Assembly (NCBI GenBank): GCA_964603655.1
Contig: CAZRVZ010000037.1
Location: 1-63,783 of the forward strand
Origin: an uncultured Pseudobdellovibrionaceae bacterium
GTDB taxonomy: Bacteria > Bdellovibrionota > FAC87 > UBA2466
Direction: 5' to 3'
Length of the DNA: 63,783 bases
Part shown: positions 1 through 9,327 of the stretch, piece by piece
Numbering within the stretch: position 1 is the stretch's first letter
Layout: the number at the start of each line of letters is the position of its first letter
The notes under the pieces: model-generated
Database searches by the model: none
Seen by the model: only the letters and a program-made list of their open reading frames with translations
What the model was told of the DNA's origin: nothing
Program-made: the position numbers and the translations under genes

Positions 1-1
1 C

Positions 2-193
2 TCGGCTATCGTTAAGGCGCTAGACAGCCGAGTAGCGGAAATAATCCCGGGCGTGAGCGCGAAGGTCATCCGAAAGTTAATCGATACGGTTCCGGCGGCA
101 GCGGTGCCCATGGCCCGGATGCTACTTGCCGATAGCCTGACCGATTTCTTCCTGCGTCGACTCAGGCGTCCCGGAACGGGGCAGCCGCTGTGA
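2..193 (+). CDS. 3' end of an unidentified CDS entering from upstream (partial)
   Basis: Frame 2 is open from the window edge to TGA at 191-193 (...LLADSLTDFFLRRLRRPGTGQPL*). There is no start inside the window and the product is not recognisable. Confidence 0.35.
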   Translation, partial: SAIVKALDSRVAEIIPGVSAKVIRKLIDTVPAAAVPMARMLLADSLTDFFLRRLRRPGTGQPL

Positions 194-353
194 TTCGCAC
201 GGGACACGACTATATCGAGAGTCTCCGGAACCGGAAGCCCGCAGGCCCAGCGCATTCAGATAGGGCGACTCATGGACACCGAGGGGAAAAAACTGCTCGC
301 GCAACGCCTGGCTGGAATTCTTTCAGATTCGCCGGAGAGCGGGACGACCCAAG

Positions 354-1142
354 CTAATAGCCCAACGCCGCAACGCCCGTCCACAGAACGCTAAAACCAA
401 GACTCAATCCGCCGTCCGGGTGGTGGGAAGATCGAAACGCGCCGACACTTAGCGCGTAGGCCCAGTCTCCATCGGTAATCTTAGTAAATAATGCCTGGCG
501 CGAACTGTTATTGCCCTTCTGGACCATTCGGGCACCACCGATAGAAGTTCCCACGGAAAGTGCTGGCGCTATTTTCACGCCAACAATCAGCTCCCCCTGC
601 ACCAAACGATCCCCTCCGGCAGTGCCAACCAACGTACTCCACTCATCGGAAAAATCGGACAGTTGGTTTTGGGCGGCCACCGACTGGCAGGACCCAGTCG
701 CCTTTAAAAACACACTCCCCACTCCGAGCACCAGACGCGCATCGACGAACGTTCCCGAGATGGAACCGCGACATATATTCGATACGCAGTCGATCGTATC
801 GGTATCGGCACCACGCGAGCCCCAAAAATGCCCGACCCCGACACCAAAAATAGGAACCGGAAAAATTTCCACCGCTGCGATCGCCCGATGCGTGATAAAT
901 GACGTTGTCAGCGATGCCATCGGACGCACATAGCCGTAGCCGATGGGGTCGACTGATTTCGAATCTCCCCAGATTGCGTAGCCGTATCCCAGCGTGCCTT
1001 GAATCGCCGCGCCCCTCGGCAATGAGCGCCCGCCGCCCCAAACGGAATAGTCCAAGCCCTCTGCTTGGAGCCTCGTTGCGCCACCCCCTGCAAAAAGTGC
1101 GACCACTGCAAACATCCCGAAAAAAGCTGTGATCTGTTTCAT
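354..1142 (-). CDS. putative outer-membrane beta-barrel protein
   Basis: ORF 354..1493 trimmed to the internal ATG at 1142. This gives a signal-like N-terminus (MKQITAFFGMFAVVALFAGGG). The sequence is Gly/aromatic-rich with an alternating pattern and ends in an aromatic residue (..AALGY). It is divergent from the peroxidase gene. Confidence 0.55.
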   Translation of the reverse strand: MKQITAFFGMFAVVALFAGGGATRLQAEGLDYSVWGGGRSLPRGAAIQGTLGYGYAIWGDSKSVDPIGYGYVRPMASLTTSFITHRAIAAVEIFPVPIFGVGVGHFWGSRGADTDTIDCVSNICRGSISGTFVDARLVLGVGSVFLKATGSCQSVAAQNQLSDFSDEWSTLVGTAGGDRLVQGELIVGVKIAPALSVGTSIGGARMVQKGNNSSRQALFTKITDGDWAYALSVGAFRSSHHPDGGLSLGFSVLWTGVAALGY

Positions 1143-1233
1143 GGAAAATGTCTTACCATAGAAACCGATATTTTTTTTCCTTGCCCACGCTCTCATTTTC
1201 GGAAACTGTACGGGCAATTCAGGAGGTATTCCC

Positions 1234-2265
1234 GTGCGACCCATTTTCCGGTCAGCTCTTCCATTCTTCGCCACAGCCATTTTATCCACGCCGCTGTTCG
1301 CCACTCCCCCCGCGCTTCCGGTCCCCCCGCTGGGAATCTCGGGGACGTTTACCGAGCTTAAAGAGGCACCGACTCCGGAACTTGTCGAACTGGGCCGTCT
1401 GCTGTTTTTCGACAAACGCCTATCGGCCGATAACACCATTTCGTGCGCGAGCTGCCACCGCCCCGAGAATGCATTTTCCGAACCGACTCCCAACTCAACC
1501 GGAATCGGGGGTCAACACGGGGGTCGCAAATCCCCGTCGTTTGTAAACCAGGCATGGACAATCTTTCCGCATTTTTTCTGGGACGGCCGGGCCGATTCCC
1601 TCGAGGCGCAGGCGATTGGGCCTATCGCCAACCCCATCGAGATGGGAAATACCCACGAAAAGGTCGTCGCCACTCTGGGGGCCATTCCGGGTTATCGCCC
1701 GTTTTTCAAGGCGGCCTTCGGTTCGGATTCCGTAACGCTGGACCGACTCGCCAAGGCTATCGCCGACTACGAGCGCACCCGCATGAGCGGAAATTCACCG
1801 TGGGATCGTTGGAAGGCTGGTGATGAAAAGGCGGTTTCGGCGTCGGTAAAACGCGGAGATACGCTTTTTTTTGGCAAGGCGGCTTGCAACCAGTGCCACC
1901 TGGGCCCGAATCTCACCGATAGTAGTTTTCATAACCTTGGTGTCGGCTGGGACGTTCGTAAAAAGGTTTTTAGAGACTCCGGCCGCTTCGTCGTCTCCAA
2001 AAAGATTGAAGATACCGGCGCTTTTAAAACGCCCACCATTAGAGAGGTAGCCCGGCACGCACCCTTCATGCACGATGGCTCTTTGAAAACACTGAAGGCT
2101 GTCGTGGAGCACTACAATAAAGGCGGGAACAGGAATCCCTATCTTTCGCCCAAAATAAAGCCCCTCAAACTGAGAGGTGCCGAAATTACCTCGCTCGTGG
2201 CAATGATGGAATCCCTCTCGGGCGAGGGGTTTCAGGATGTCGCGCCCAAGGATTTTCCCCAATAG
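1234..2265 (+). CDS. di-haem cytochrome c peroxidase (CCP/MauG family)
   Basis: Two CxxCH haem motifs (CASCH, CNQCH) at the spacing typical of bacterial CCP. Signal-like N-terminus. AGGAGG lies 6 nt upstream of the GTG start. Confidence 0.85.
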   Translation: MRPIFRSALPFFATAILSTPLFATPPALPVPPLGISGTFTELKEAPTPELVELGRLLFFDKRLSADNTISCASCHRPENAFSEPTPNSTGIGGQHGGRKSPSFVNQAWTIFPHFFWDGRADSLEAQAIGPIANPIEMGNTHEKVVATLGAIPGYRPFFKAAFGSDSVTLDRLAKAIADYERTRMSGNSPWDRWKAGDEKAVSASVKRGDTLFFGKAACNQCHLGPNLTDSSFHNLGVGWDVRKKVFRDSGRFVVSKKIEDTGAFKTPTIREVARHAPFMHDGSLKTLKAVVEHYNKGGNRNPYLSPKIKPLKLRGAEITSLVAMMESLSGEGFQDVAPKDFPQ

Positions 2266-2320
2266 CAGATTGGATTTGTCTCCAGTAGCGCCCGGGAATA
2301 TTCCCCGGTAGATTGAGCCG

Positions 2321-3325
2321 GTGCTGCCACCGCTAACAGTTTTCGATGCCCGCTTTGGACCCATTCGCTATTTTATGGCGCCCATGGCTGGCATTACTGA
2401 CGTCGTTTTCCGGCTCCTCATACGTGAAATGGGCGCCCAAGCAGTGGTCTCGGAGCTCATCTCGGCCGAAGGGTTGGTTCGCGGCGGCCAAAAGACCCTC
2501 GATCTGATGGCCTTTTCGCCTATCGAATCCCCCGTTGGAATCCAGCTGTTCGGTTCCGACGCCAGTTCCCTCATTGAAGCCGCACGCATTGTCCAAGGAC
2601 AGGGTGCCGATTTTGTGGATATAAATTTCGGGTGTCCGGTAAAAAAGGTTGTGTGTGACGGGGGCGGGGCCGCTTGGCTCAAGGACGTCCTCGCATTGGG
2701 CCGTCTGCTTACGGGACTCCGCCAGGCATTGCGGATCCCGCTTTCAATCAAGGTGAGAACCGGATGGGACGAAGGCACCCGAAACCTGGGCGAGGTCGTC
2801 GAGATCGCTGCGGATTGTGGCGTCGATTGGCTGGCGGTCCACGGCCGCACGCGCGCCCAAGGTTATTCGGGCGTTTCCGATTGGGAATATATTCGTCAGA
2901 TAGCAACCCACAGCCCGATTCCTATCATCGGAAACGGCGACATCTTAACGGCCAAGGAGGCGACTCGTCGAATTCACGAAGGCTACTCCCACGGAGTGAT
3001 GATCGGGCGCGGCGCACTGAAATCCCCGTGGATATTCTCGGAAATATTGGGACGAGACGCGGATCGCGATATTCTGAACGTAATCCAACGCCATTTCGAA
3101 CTCGCCTTGGAGTGGAAGGGGGATCGAAGAGCGTTTTTGTCGCTGAAAAAATTCATGGGCTGGTACGCGGCGGGCTACCCCCACTCGAGTCAATTCCGAT
3201 CCCGCATATTTCAAACCGATGACGTCGATGCGCTGCGATCTCTAGTCACCGACTACTTCAGCCAAATTGCCGAATCGCCCCGAATAGATGATGGGCAGCC
3301 CTTTTTAATGGGCGGCCATGGCTAA
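2321..3325 (+). CDS. tRNA-dihydrouridine synthase (Dus family)
   Basis: N-terminal Dus signature MAPMAGITDVVFR, plus FGCP and GNGDI motifs. About 330 aa. Confidence 0.85.
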   Translation: MLPPLTVFDARFGPIRYFMAPMAGITDVVFRLLIREMGAQAVVSELISAEGLVRGGQKTLDLMAFSPIESPVGIQLFGSDASSLIEAARIVQGQGADFVDINFGCPVKKVVCDGGGAAWLKDVLALGRLLTGLRQALRIPLSIKVRTGWDEGTRNLGEVVEIAADCGVDWLAVHGRTRAQGYSGVSDWEYIRQIATHSPIPIIGNGDILTAKEATRRIHEGYSHGVMIGRGALKSPWIFSEILGRDADRDILNVIQRHFELALEWKGDRRAFLSLKKFMGWYAAGYPHSSQFRSRIFQTDDVDALRSLVTDYFSQIAESPRIDDGQPFLMGGHG

Positions 3326-4736
3326 ATTTGCTGCCGTTGTTATTCCGTTTTTTTTAATGGTGGCATGGTTCAACCCCGGATTCATCGCCGTCGACGATTA
3401 TGCCTCCAACATCGAAATTATCGTACCGGCCCAGTCCACCAATTTTTCCACGATTGTGGCTGCCTCTGACTTCAGGCCGCCATTTGCAAACTTGGCCTTT
3501 TATTCAATTACCCGGCTCGCGCAGATCCTGGGGGTTGAACACCCTGAAACGCAACTCGCCATTTTGAGATGCCTTATCGCGCTCGTGGGACTTGGGCTGT
3601 TTGCGTTGTCGACATGCAAGCTTTCGGATGGCGGAAATCTCGATTCCGCCATTTTTCTCGGTCTCTTTTTCCTGTCCCCTCTGTTATTCACACGCGTACT
3701 GATCGAGGGTGTCAGTGCTCCGTGGCTATTGGCGAGTGCAGCTCTGGCGTCCGCTTACTGGCGGACCGGATTACGGCGAGAACTATTATTTTCCTTGGCG
3801 TGTCTGAGCATCGCCACGCTCTTTCGCTATCAGAACGGTGTCGTACTGCCGGCGTTATTATTGACGGTAATCCTGCGTAGAGATTGGCGAGGACGCTGGC
3901 GCGATCTTCTCGTTGTCGGATTCATGTCTCTGGCAATTTTTTCTATGGTGGGGCTGGCCGATCTTTGGCTCAAAGGGCATTTTCACGGTTCGCTACAATC
4001 ATATGTCGCCTACAATTTCGCGCACTCTTCGTCTTATGGCGTATCTCCTGTCTATTCATACCCGGCCCTCTTCGGTGTTTTTTGTATTCCATTCATAATA
4101 CTCGGCAGAGGAATTAATTGGGCTTCCGCGTACCGCGGTCGCGTACCGGTCTTCCTCTTTTTCGCTTTTTTCTTAATCGCACATTCGCTAGTTCCGCATA
4201 AAGAAGAGCGCTTCATGATTCCCATTTTACCGATTTTTATAATATTGCTGATGCCTCTCTGGCATCACGCAAAACAGATGGCGCGTATTCTCCCGTTGAA
4301 TTTTCTTATTGGGCTGAACGGCCTGTTTCTCGTCACCATCTCCTTCAATACGCCTCAGCGCAACGTGATCGGCATCGCCGAATACCTAAATGGCCATCCC
4401 GAGATTCGAACGCTCTACGGGATTTCGGACACTCTGGCGGTCTTTCCAAGAGCATACTTGGCTCGCCCAGTCACCGAGCTTCGCACGGAGTCCTTCGTTC
4501 GGGTGACCCCCGATTGCTTTACACTGATCGCGTGCCGAAGCGACCTTTTAAACAACCTGTCACACGAGGGATTCGAGGTTGTCGCCGTAACACGTCCTGG
4601 TCTTACCGAATCGCTGGTAATTAGGCTTAATCCCAAACGCAACTCCAGGCGCGGCCCGATCCAATTGTTTCGAGTGCGCGGTTGCGCCGATGCTTCTAGC
4701 GGCGACGTGAGTTTACGGCAGCAATGGAATTTCTAG
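3318..4736 (+). CDS. polytopic membrane glycosyltransferase, GT-C fold, GT22-like
   Basis: More than 10 predicted hydrophobic helices. HKEERFMIP motif resembles the HKE-RF signature of the Glyco_transf_22 (ALG9/PIG-B type) family. Overlaps the dus stop by 8 nt. Confidence 0.55.
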   Translation: MAKFAAVVIPFFLMVAWFNPGFIAVDDYASNIEIIVPAQSTNFSTIVAASDFRPPFANLAFYSITRLAQILGVEHPETQLAILRCLIALVGLGLFALSTCKLSDGGNLDSAIFLGLFFLSPLLFTRVLIEGVSAPWLLASAALASAYWRTGLRRELLFSLACLSIATLFRYQNGVVLPALLLTVILRRDWRGRWRDLLVVGFMSLAIFSMVGLADLWLKGHFHGSLQSYVAYNFAHSSSYGVSPVYSYPALFGVFCIPFIILGRGINWASAYRGRVPVFLFFAFFLIAHSLVPHKEERFMIPILPIFIILLMPLWHHAKQMARILPLNFLIGLNGLFLVTISFNTPQRNVIGIAEYLNGHPEIRTLYGISDTLAVFPRAYLARPVTELRTESFVRVTPDCFTLIACRSDLLNNLSHEGFEVVAVTRPGLTESLVIRLNPKRNSRRGPIQLFRVRGCADASSGDVSLRQQWNF

Positions 4737-4776
4737 CGGTAGCGTTTCGCAATAATCGGCGCTATTCTCCCTGTAG

Positions 4777-5418
4777 ATGGAAGGACTCATTCAAGAAAAA
4801 CTGGTGGTCGGCCCGCTGCAATGCAACTGCACCATTCTGGGCTGTACTGAAACACGCCAAGCAGTCGTCATCGATCCGGGTGACGAGGGCGAACGCATCG
4901 TCGAACGCCTCCAACGGGCCAATCTCCAGGTAAAATACATACTCCACACCCATGCCCATTTTGATCACATTGGAGGAACTAAGAAGGTGAAGGCAGAGAC
5001 TTCCGGTACCGTTTGCCTGCACAAGGCGGATGACTTCATTTACAAAATGTTACCGGTGCAGGGGGCCATGTTTGGCCTTCAACGATTCGGATTTGCCCCA
5101 GCCGTAGAAAAGTTCGTCGAGGATGAGGAGATACTCACCTTCGGCAAACACCGCATTCAGGTGATCCACACCCCCGGCCACAGCCCTGGAGGCGTGTGCT
5201 ATAAGCTACTCACCGACGATGAGGCAGTCTATTCAGGCGACACACTTTTTGCGCAGAGTATCGGCCGTACCGATCTTTGGGGCGGCGACACCGAACTGCT
5301 GATCCGCTCCATCAAAACTCGCTTACTCACGCTGGACGATGCATTGGCCGTCCACCCTGGCCACGGCCCGAGTAGCACCATTGGAATCGAAAAACGAAAG
5401 AACTCTTTTTTGACTTAG
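4777..5418 (+). CDS. MBL-fold metallo-hydrolase (glyoxalase II-like)
   Basis: HTHAHFDHIGG metal-binding motif, then HTPGHSPG and a C-terminal GH. 213 aa. Confidence 0.85.
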   Translation: MEGLIQEKLVVGPLQCNCTILGCTETRQAVVIDPGDEGERIVERLQRANLQVKYILHTHAHFDHIGGTKKVKAETSGTVCLHKADDFIYKMLPVQGAMFGLQRFGFAPAVEKFVEDEEILTFGKHRIQVIHTPGHSPGGVCYKLLTDDEAVYSGDTLFAQSIGRTDLWGGDTELLIRSIKTRLLTLDDALAVHPGHGPSSTIGIEKRKNSFLT

Positions 5419-5598
5419 GGCCCGCCCAAGAATAAATTTACATTTTGGCGCGCAGATTTGGCCCAGATTTGAACGATCAGAGCTCACAAAACTTGTGGCA
5501 TATCTCGACGAGATGTTGAAAGTTTTGTGAGCGAGCAGCGTTCTATGATGGGCCAAAGATGCGATGTCCAAAATGTAAAGTTATTCTTGGGCGGGCCC
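5418..5598. mobile_element. 181-bp imperfect palindromic MITE/REP-like element between convergent genes
   Basis: The 31-bp termini GGGCCCGCCCAAGAATAAATTTACATTTTGG (5418-5448) and its reverse complement (5568-5598) match 30/31. The inverted symmetry continues inward (CTCACAAAACTT / AAGTTTTGTGAG). A related copy sits at 16280-16318. Confidence 0.7.
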
Positions 5599-5625
5599 TT
5601 AGTACCCGTTCGGTGTGTTTCTATT

Positions 5626-6282
5626 TTAATCAAATACAGAGGCGCGGTAGGGAGCATAGCGCTTCGTCGCCTTGGCTAGATACTTTTTAGAACTCGACCT
5701 ACGGGCCAATTCCCGAACACTTGCTAACGAGCGATTGCTCAGATCCGGCTCGTTCTTTCGCATCATCACAATATTCTTATTAACAGAAAGAAAGTATTTC
5801 AGCCGATTATCAAATTGCTTGGAGTTGTAATAGCACCAAAAGGGCAATGTTCGGCTAGGGCGTTCGATTGTTTTTAAATCCTTTAGAATCCAGGCAGCGT
5901 AGGTAAATGCCTTGATTGGATCTTTGAGGTCACGCACTCGAAGATTTCCAAACTGTTTGATGAATAGGGGGTTTTTTAGCCACGCCTTTCGAATTTGGGC
6001 GATTCCAATCTCTCCGGCCTTCCCAACCGGCAGGTCCTCACGAAAGCTCGTCTCCTGGTGAGTGATGGCGACAAGCAAAACGGGATCGATTCCGTAAGTT
6101 TGGGAAGCGAGAAGAATCCCATAACCGTATTCGAAATACTTCGTAGAGTGAAGCCTCGGCTGGGTGAAGGCTATCAGCCGAGCCAAGCGAACGATTTCGA
6201 GCATCTGGCTCGAAGAGAGATCGCGGACAGTGGCAAAAATAGCCACTGGCAAAAGAATCGCAATAATCAGATGCCGCCTCAT
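5626..6282 (-). CDS. lytic transglycosylase (SLT domain), secreted
   Basis: Catalytic-region motif ITHQETSF followed by GEIGIAQI. Signal-like N-terminus. Visibly more AT-rich than its neighbours. Confidence 0.8.
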   Translation of the reverse strand: MRRHLIIAILLPVAIFATVRDLSSSQMLEIVRLARLIAFTQPRLHSTKYFEYGYGILLASQTYGIDPVLLVAITHQETSFREDLPVGKAGEIGIAQIRKAWLKNPLFIKQFGNLRVRDLKDPIKAFTYAAWILKDLKTIERPSRTLPFWCYYNSKQFDNRLKYFLSVNKNIVMMRKNEPDLSNRSLASVRELARRSSSKKYLAKATKRYAPYRASVFD

Positions 6283-6311
6283 CGATGCCGTACCTCTAAT
6301 TGAACAAATGC

Positions 6312-6327
6312 TGCAATGGGCACGCCA
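6312..6327 (-). promoter_or_regulatory. sigma-54-type -24/-12 promoter candidate for the SLT gene
   Basis: The minus strand reads CTGGCGTGCCCATTGCA, with GG-N10-GC spacing. It matches TGGCACG-N4-TTGCW except at two positions. The -12 element lies about 30 nt upstream of the ATG at 6282, and an AGAGG RBS lies between them. Confidence 0.5.
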
Positions 6328-6580
6328 GGCTGTCTGTACTCAAGTATTTGAATTTAAAGGTAAAAATAGCGGCTAAAAGATCGCCGCCTGGCGAACTTAT
6401 GATTGGTTAGACGGTGTAAAACCGGGAGTCCCGGTATTCCGATGGTTTACGACCGTTACGGGATTGATCCTGCAGTTGGCTAGATGGTGAGCACCCGGGG
6501 CGGTGGCTCTGACTCAAGGCAAACTCATGGCGACGCGCCAGGGAGCTGTTTCGACCGGGTAGGGTGACCGGACCGTGTGG

Positions 6581-6991
6581 CTACTTCTTTCGCTCCCGGT
6601 TCATTTTTTTTTGCACCATGAGATGTTGGATGACGGTGCGAATATACATCCGCTTATCGGGCGCTAGATCTTTGAACTCGATGCCAAACCCGACATCGTC
6701 ACCGACCTTATTCCACCGCACCACCGACACCTGACGATTATCCTTGTTAAAAGTGGCGTTCAATTTCTTAGTATCCTGCATCACCTCTCCCGCCACAATT
6801 CGGGACTCCCCGAAACGAATTTCGAGCATGATCTCCTTGCCTATCTCCAACGGAGTGCTGCACTGAATGTAGGCGCCAGTTTCGGACAGATCCAGAATTT
6901 CGGCATCCAGATATTGATAATTTCCCTTGAAGTAGATTCCGGCCGGGATCTTAACGTCCACCCGAGTGTGTTTTCGCCGCTCTTTCGTCAT
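6581..6991 (-). CDS. PilZ domain protein (c-di-GMP receptor type)
   Basis: Both PilZ signature motifs are present: RKHTR (RxxxR) at the N-terminus and DLSETG (DxSxxG). 136 aa. Confidence 0.85.
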   Translation of the reverse strand: MTKERRKHTRVDVKIPAGIYFKGNYQYLDAEILDLSETGAYIQCSTPLEIGKEIMLEIRFGESRIVAGEVMQDTKKLNATFNKDNRQVSVVRWNKVGDDVGFGIEFKDLAPDKRMYIRTVIQHLMVQKKMNRERKK

Positions 6992-7000
6992 GAACTATAA

Positions 7001-7774
7001 TTATAGCTGAAAAAGCTCGACGGTGTTTTGACAGGTAGCGTAGGCGATCTCTTCAATGGTCATTTGGCGAATCGCCCCCAGTCGCTGAGCGGTAATCGCC
7101 ATACGAGACGGCTCATTCGGTTTTCCCCGATAGGGCTCCGGACTCAGATAGGGACAATCGGTCTCCAGCAGAATTTTGTTCAAAGGTACCTCTCGCGCGG
7201 CCTCGCGAATGGGTTCCGCGTTCTTAAAGGTAAGAATTCCGGAGAAGGAGATGTGCAGCCCAAGGTCGATTGCCTCGAGCGCTTGATTCAAATTTCCTGT
7301 AAAACAATGCATCACGCCGCCCGCCCTTGCCAGACCGATTTTTCGAACGATGGCAAAGGTCTCATTAAAGGCATCGCGGCAATGAATAATTACCGGCAGT
7401 CCCACCCGGTTCGCCAGTATTAACTGGGCCTCAAAAACCTCTATCTGCACCTCTCGAGGACTCAAGTCGTAATGAAAGTCGAGTCCGGTTTCTCCGATCG
7501 CCACACATTTCTTGGGAACGCCCTCATTGAAATAGCCGGCAAGGCGCGGGGCATTTTCCGCATAACGCTTCGCGGTGTGCGGGTGAAGTCCTAAGCTATA
7601 GTAAACCTGTCGGTGAACCGAGGCGAAATTCTTATTGAGATCCCAGTTGGTTTCGTCCGTTGACACGGTGATGAGCCGGCCAACACCTGCCTGCTTGGCC
7701 CGTTCAAGAATGTCCTCAGTTGAGGACTGATCGCACATCGAAAGGTGCGCGTGGCTATCCACGTAATCCATCAT
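7001..7774 (-). CDS. tatD: TatD family metal-dependent hydrolase/DNase
   Basis: ORF trimmed to MMDYVDSHAHL, the typical TatD start with the HxH motif. The ATG overlaps the metG stop (ATGA). Internal GETGLD and HCR motifs. Confidence 0.85.
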   Translation of the reverse strand: MMDYVDSHAHLSMCDQSSTEDILERAKQAGVGRLITVSTDETNWDLNKNFASVHRQVYYSLGLHPHTAKRYAENAPRLAGYFNEGVPKKCVAIGETGLDFHYDLSPREVQIEVFEAQLILANRVGLPVIIHCRDAFNETFAIVRKIGLARAGGVMHCFTGNLNQALEAIDLGLHISFSGILTFKNAEPIREAAREVPLNKILLETDCPYLSPEPYRGKPNEPSRMAITAQRLGAIRQMTIEEIAYATCQNTVELFQL

Positions 7775-9327
7775 TTGTCGATTTCCAGCCTGGGATAGAT
7801 TGGTGTCGGAGCCCGGACCAAAACCGAAGGGAGCCCCGCATTCCAAAGCGCAAACGACATCGGTATCGGTGCGGAAATAGCGTCGGCTCCGCCCAGCGCC
7901 TCGAGGGCCTTTCGCGCCCCATCGGGTATAAATGCCAAAAGCGGAACGCTCACCACTCGCAGGGCCTCGCGACAATGCATCAGAACCAAAGCCAGGCGCT
8001 CGCGAGATTTGGGATCACTCGATTTTGCGAGCGTCCAGGGTGCATTGAATTCAATGAATCGATTCGCTTCCGAAATTACCCGCCACAGTGCCTCGAGCGC
8101 TTTGTGATAGGCGAACTGTTCCATTGCTGGGTGAAAGGCCCCAATAGACGTCTCGGTCACCGACCTTAATTCAGAGTCCTGAGAAAGGACACCCGACGCA
8201 TCCACGGGATTGGTTCCCAGGTACCTGATAATCATCGAACAGGTCCGACTGACACAATTACCATAATCATTGGCCAAATCCGCGTTAATGCGGTTGACCA
8301 AAACTTCTTGCGAATACTCGCCGTCCATTCCGAACACAAACTCCCGAAATAAAAAATAACGAATCCCGTCCACACCAAACGTGTCGGCGAGCTGCATCGG
8401 ATCGACGATATTTCCCACGCTCTTACTGATCTTGCGCGCCCCTTGCGTAAGCCAGCCGTGCGCGATTATTCGTTTCGGAAGCGCAAGACCGAGCGCCATC
8501 AGGAAGGTGGGCCAGTAAACCGCGTGAAAGCGAAGAATATCCTTCCCCACCAGGTGAATTGCCTCCGGCCAGAATTTTTCAAATTTCGGATCGTTCTCCA
8601 GAATACCGAGAGCCGAAATGTAATTCGTGAGCGCATCGAACCAGACATAAACCTTGTGCTCTTTGGTCGCCTTGGGATCTTTCGGCATCGCGACGCCCCA
8701 GCTGATGGTCGTACGACTCACGCTGATATCGCGCAGCCCCTGACGAATGAATCCAAGCACTTCATTTTTTCGCGATTCGGGCTGAATGAAGTCTGGGTTT
8801 TTTTCGATGTGCTCGAGAAGCCTTTTTTCGTATGCGGACATCTTGAAAAAATAGCTTTCCTCCTTGAGCCATTCGACGGGGCGTTGGCAATCCGGACACT
8901 TTTTATCGACGATTTGCGCCTCGTTCCAGTAGGCCTCACAGGGGATGCAATACCACCCCTCATATCCCCCCAAATAAATATCGCCAGTGTGCATAAGCTT
9001 TTCCACAAAGTGATGCACCACTCGCTTATGGCGATCTTCCGTAGTTCGGATAAAATCGTCATACTGGATGTCGTAACGCTTCCAGGCAGCTCGGAAGCGC
9101 TCCACCACCCGATCTGCCATCGCCTGAGGAGTTTCACCGTTCTCCCGCGCCTTTTTTTGAATCTTTTGGCCGTGCTCATCAGTACCGGTCAAAAACCATA
9201 CTTCCCGTCCCGACATACGATGATAACGTGCCATGATATCGGCTGCGAGCGATGTATAGAGTGTGCCGATGTGCGGGGCATCGGTTACATAATAGATGGG
9301 CGTCGTAATATAGAATGGCTTCATCAT
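7771..9327 (-). CDS. metG: methionine--tRNA ligase
   Basis: Class I HIGH-region variant (APHIGTLYT), KISKS (KMSKS motif) and CPxC zinc knuckles (CIPC, CPDC). Confidence 0.95.
   Translation of the reverse strand: MMKPFYITTPIYYVTDAPHIGTLYTSLAADIMARYHRMSGREVWFLTGTDEHGQKIQKKARENGETPQAMADRVVERFRAAWKRYDIQYDDFIRTTEDRHKRVVHHFVEKLMHTGDIYLGGYEGWYCIPCEAYWNEAQIVDKKCPDCQRPVEWLKEESYFFKMSAYEKRLLEHIEKNPDFIQPESRKNEVLGFIRQGLRDISVSRTTISWGVAMPKDPKATKEHKVYVWFDALTNYISALGILENDPKFEKFWPEAIHLVGKDILRFHAVYWPTFLMALGLALPKRIIAHGWLTQGARKISKSVGNIVDPMQLADTFGVDGIRYFLFREFVFGMDGEYSQEVLVNRINADLANDYGNCVSRTCSMIIRYLGTNPVDASGVLSQDSELRSVTETSIGAFHPAMEQFAYHKALEALWRVISEANRFIEFNAPWTLAKSSDPKSRERLALVLMHCREALRVVSVPLLAFIPDGARKALEALGGADAISAPIPMSFALWNAGLPSVLVRAPTPIYPRLEIDK

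Noticed and set aside
122-304. 60-aa minus-strand ORF at the left edge.
   Set aside because: It overlaps the better-supported plus-strand open frame running in from the window edge. It has no RBS or motif.
6518-6543. GGCAAAC...GACGC string resembling part of a c-di-GMP-I (GEMM-I) riboswitch, next to a PilZ gene.
   Set aside because: The conserved ACGCAAAGCC core and the P1/P2 pairing are missing. It is on the plus strand, where there is no downstream gene.
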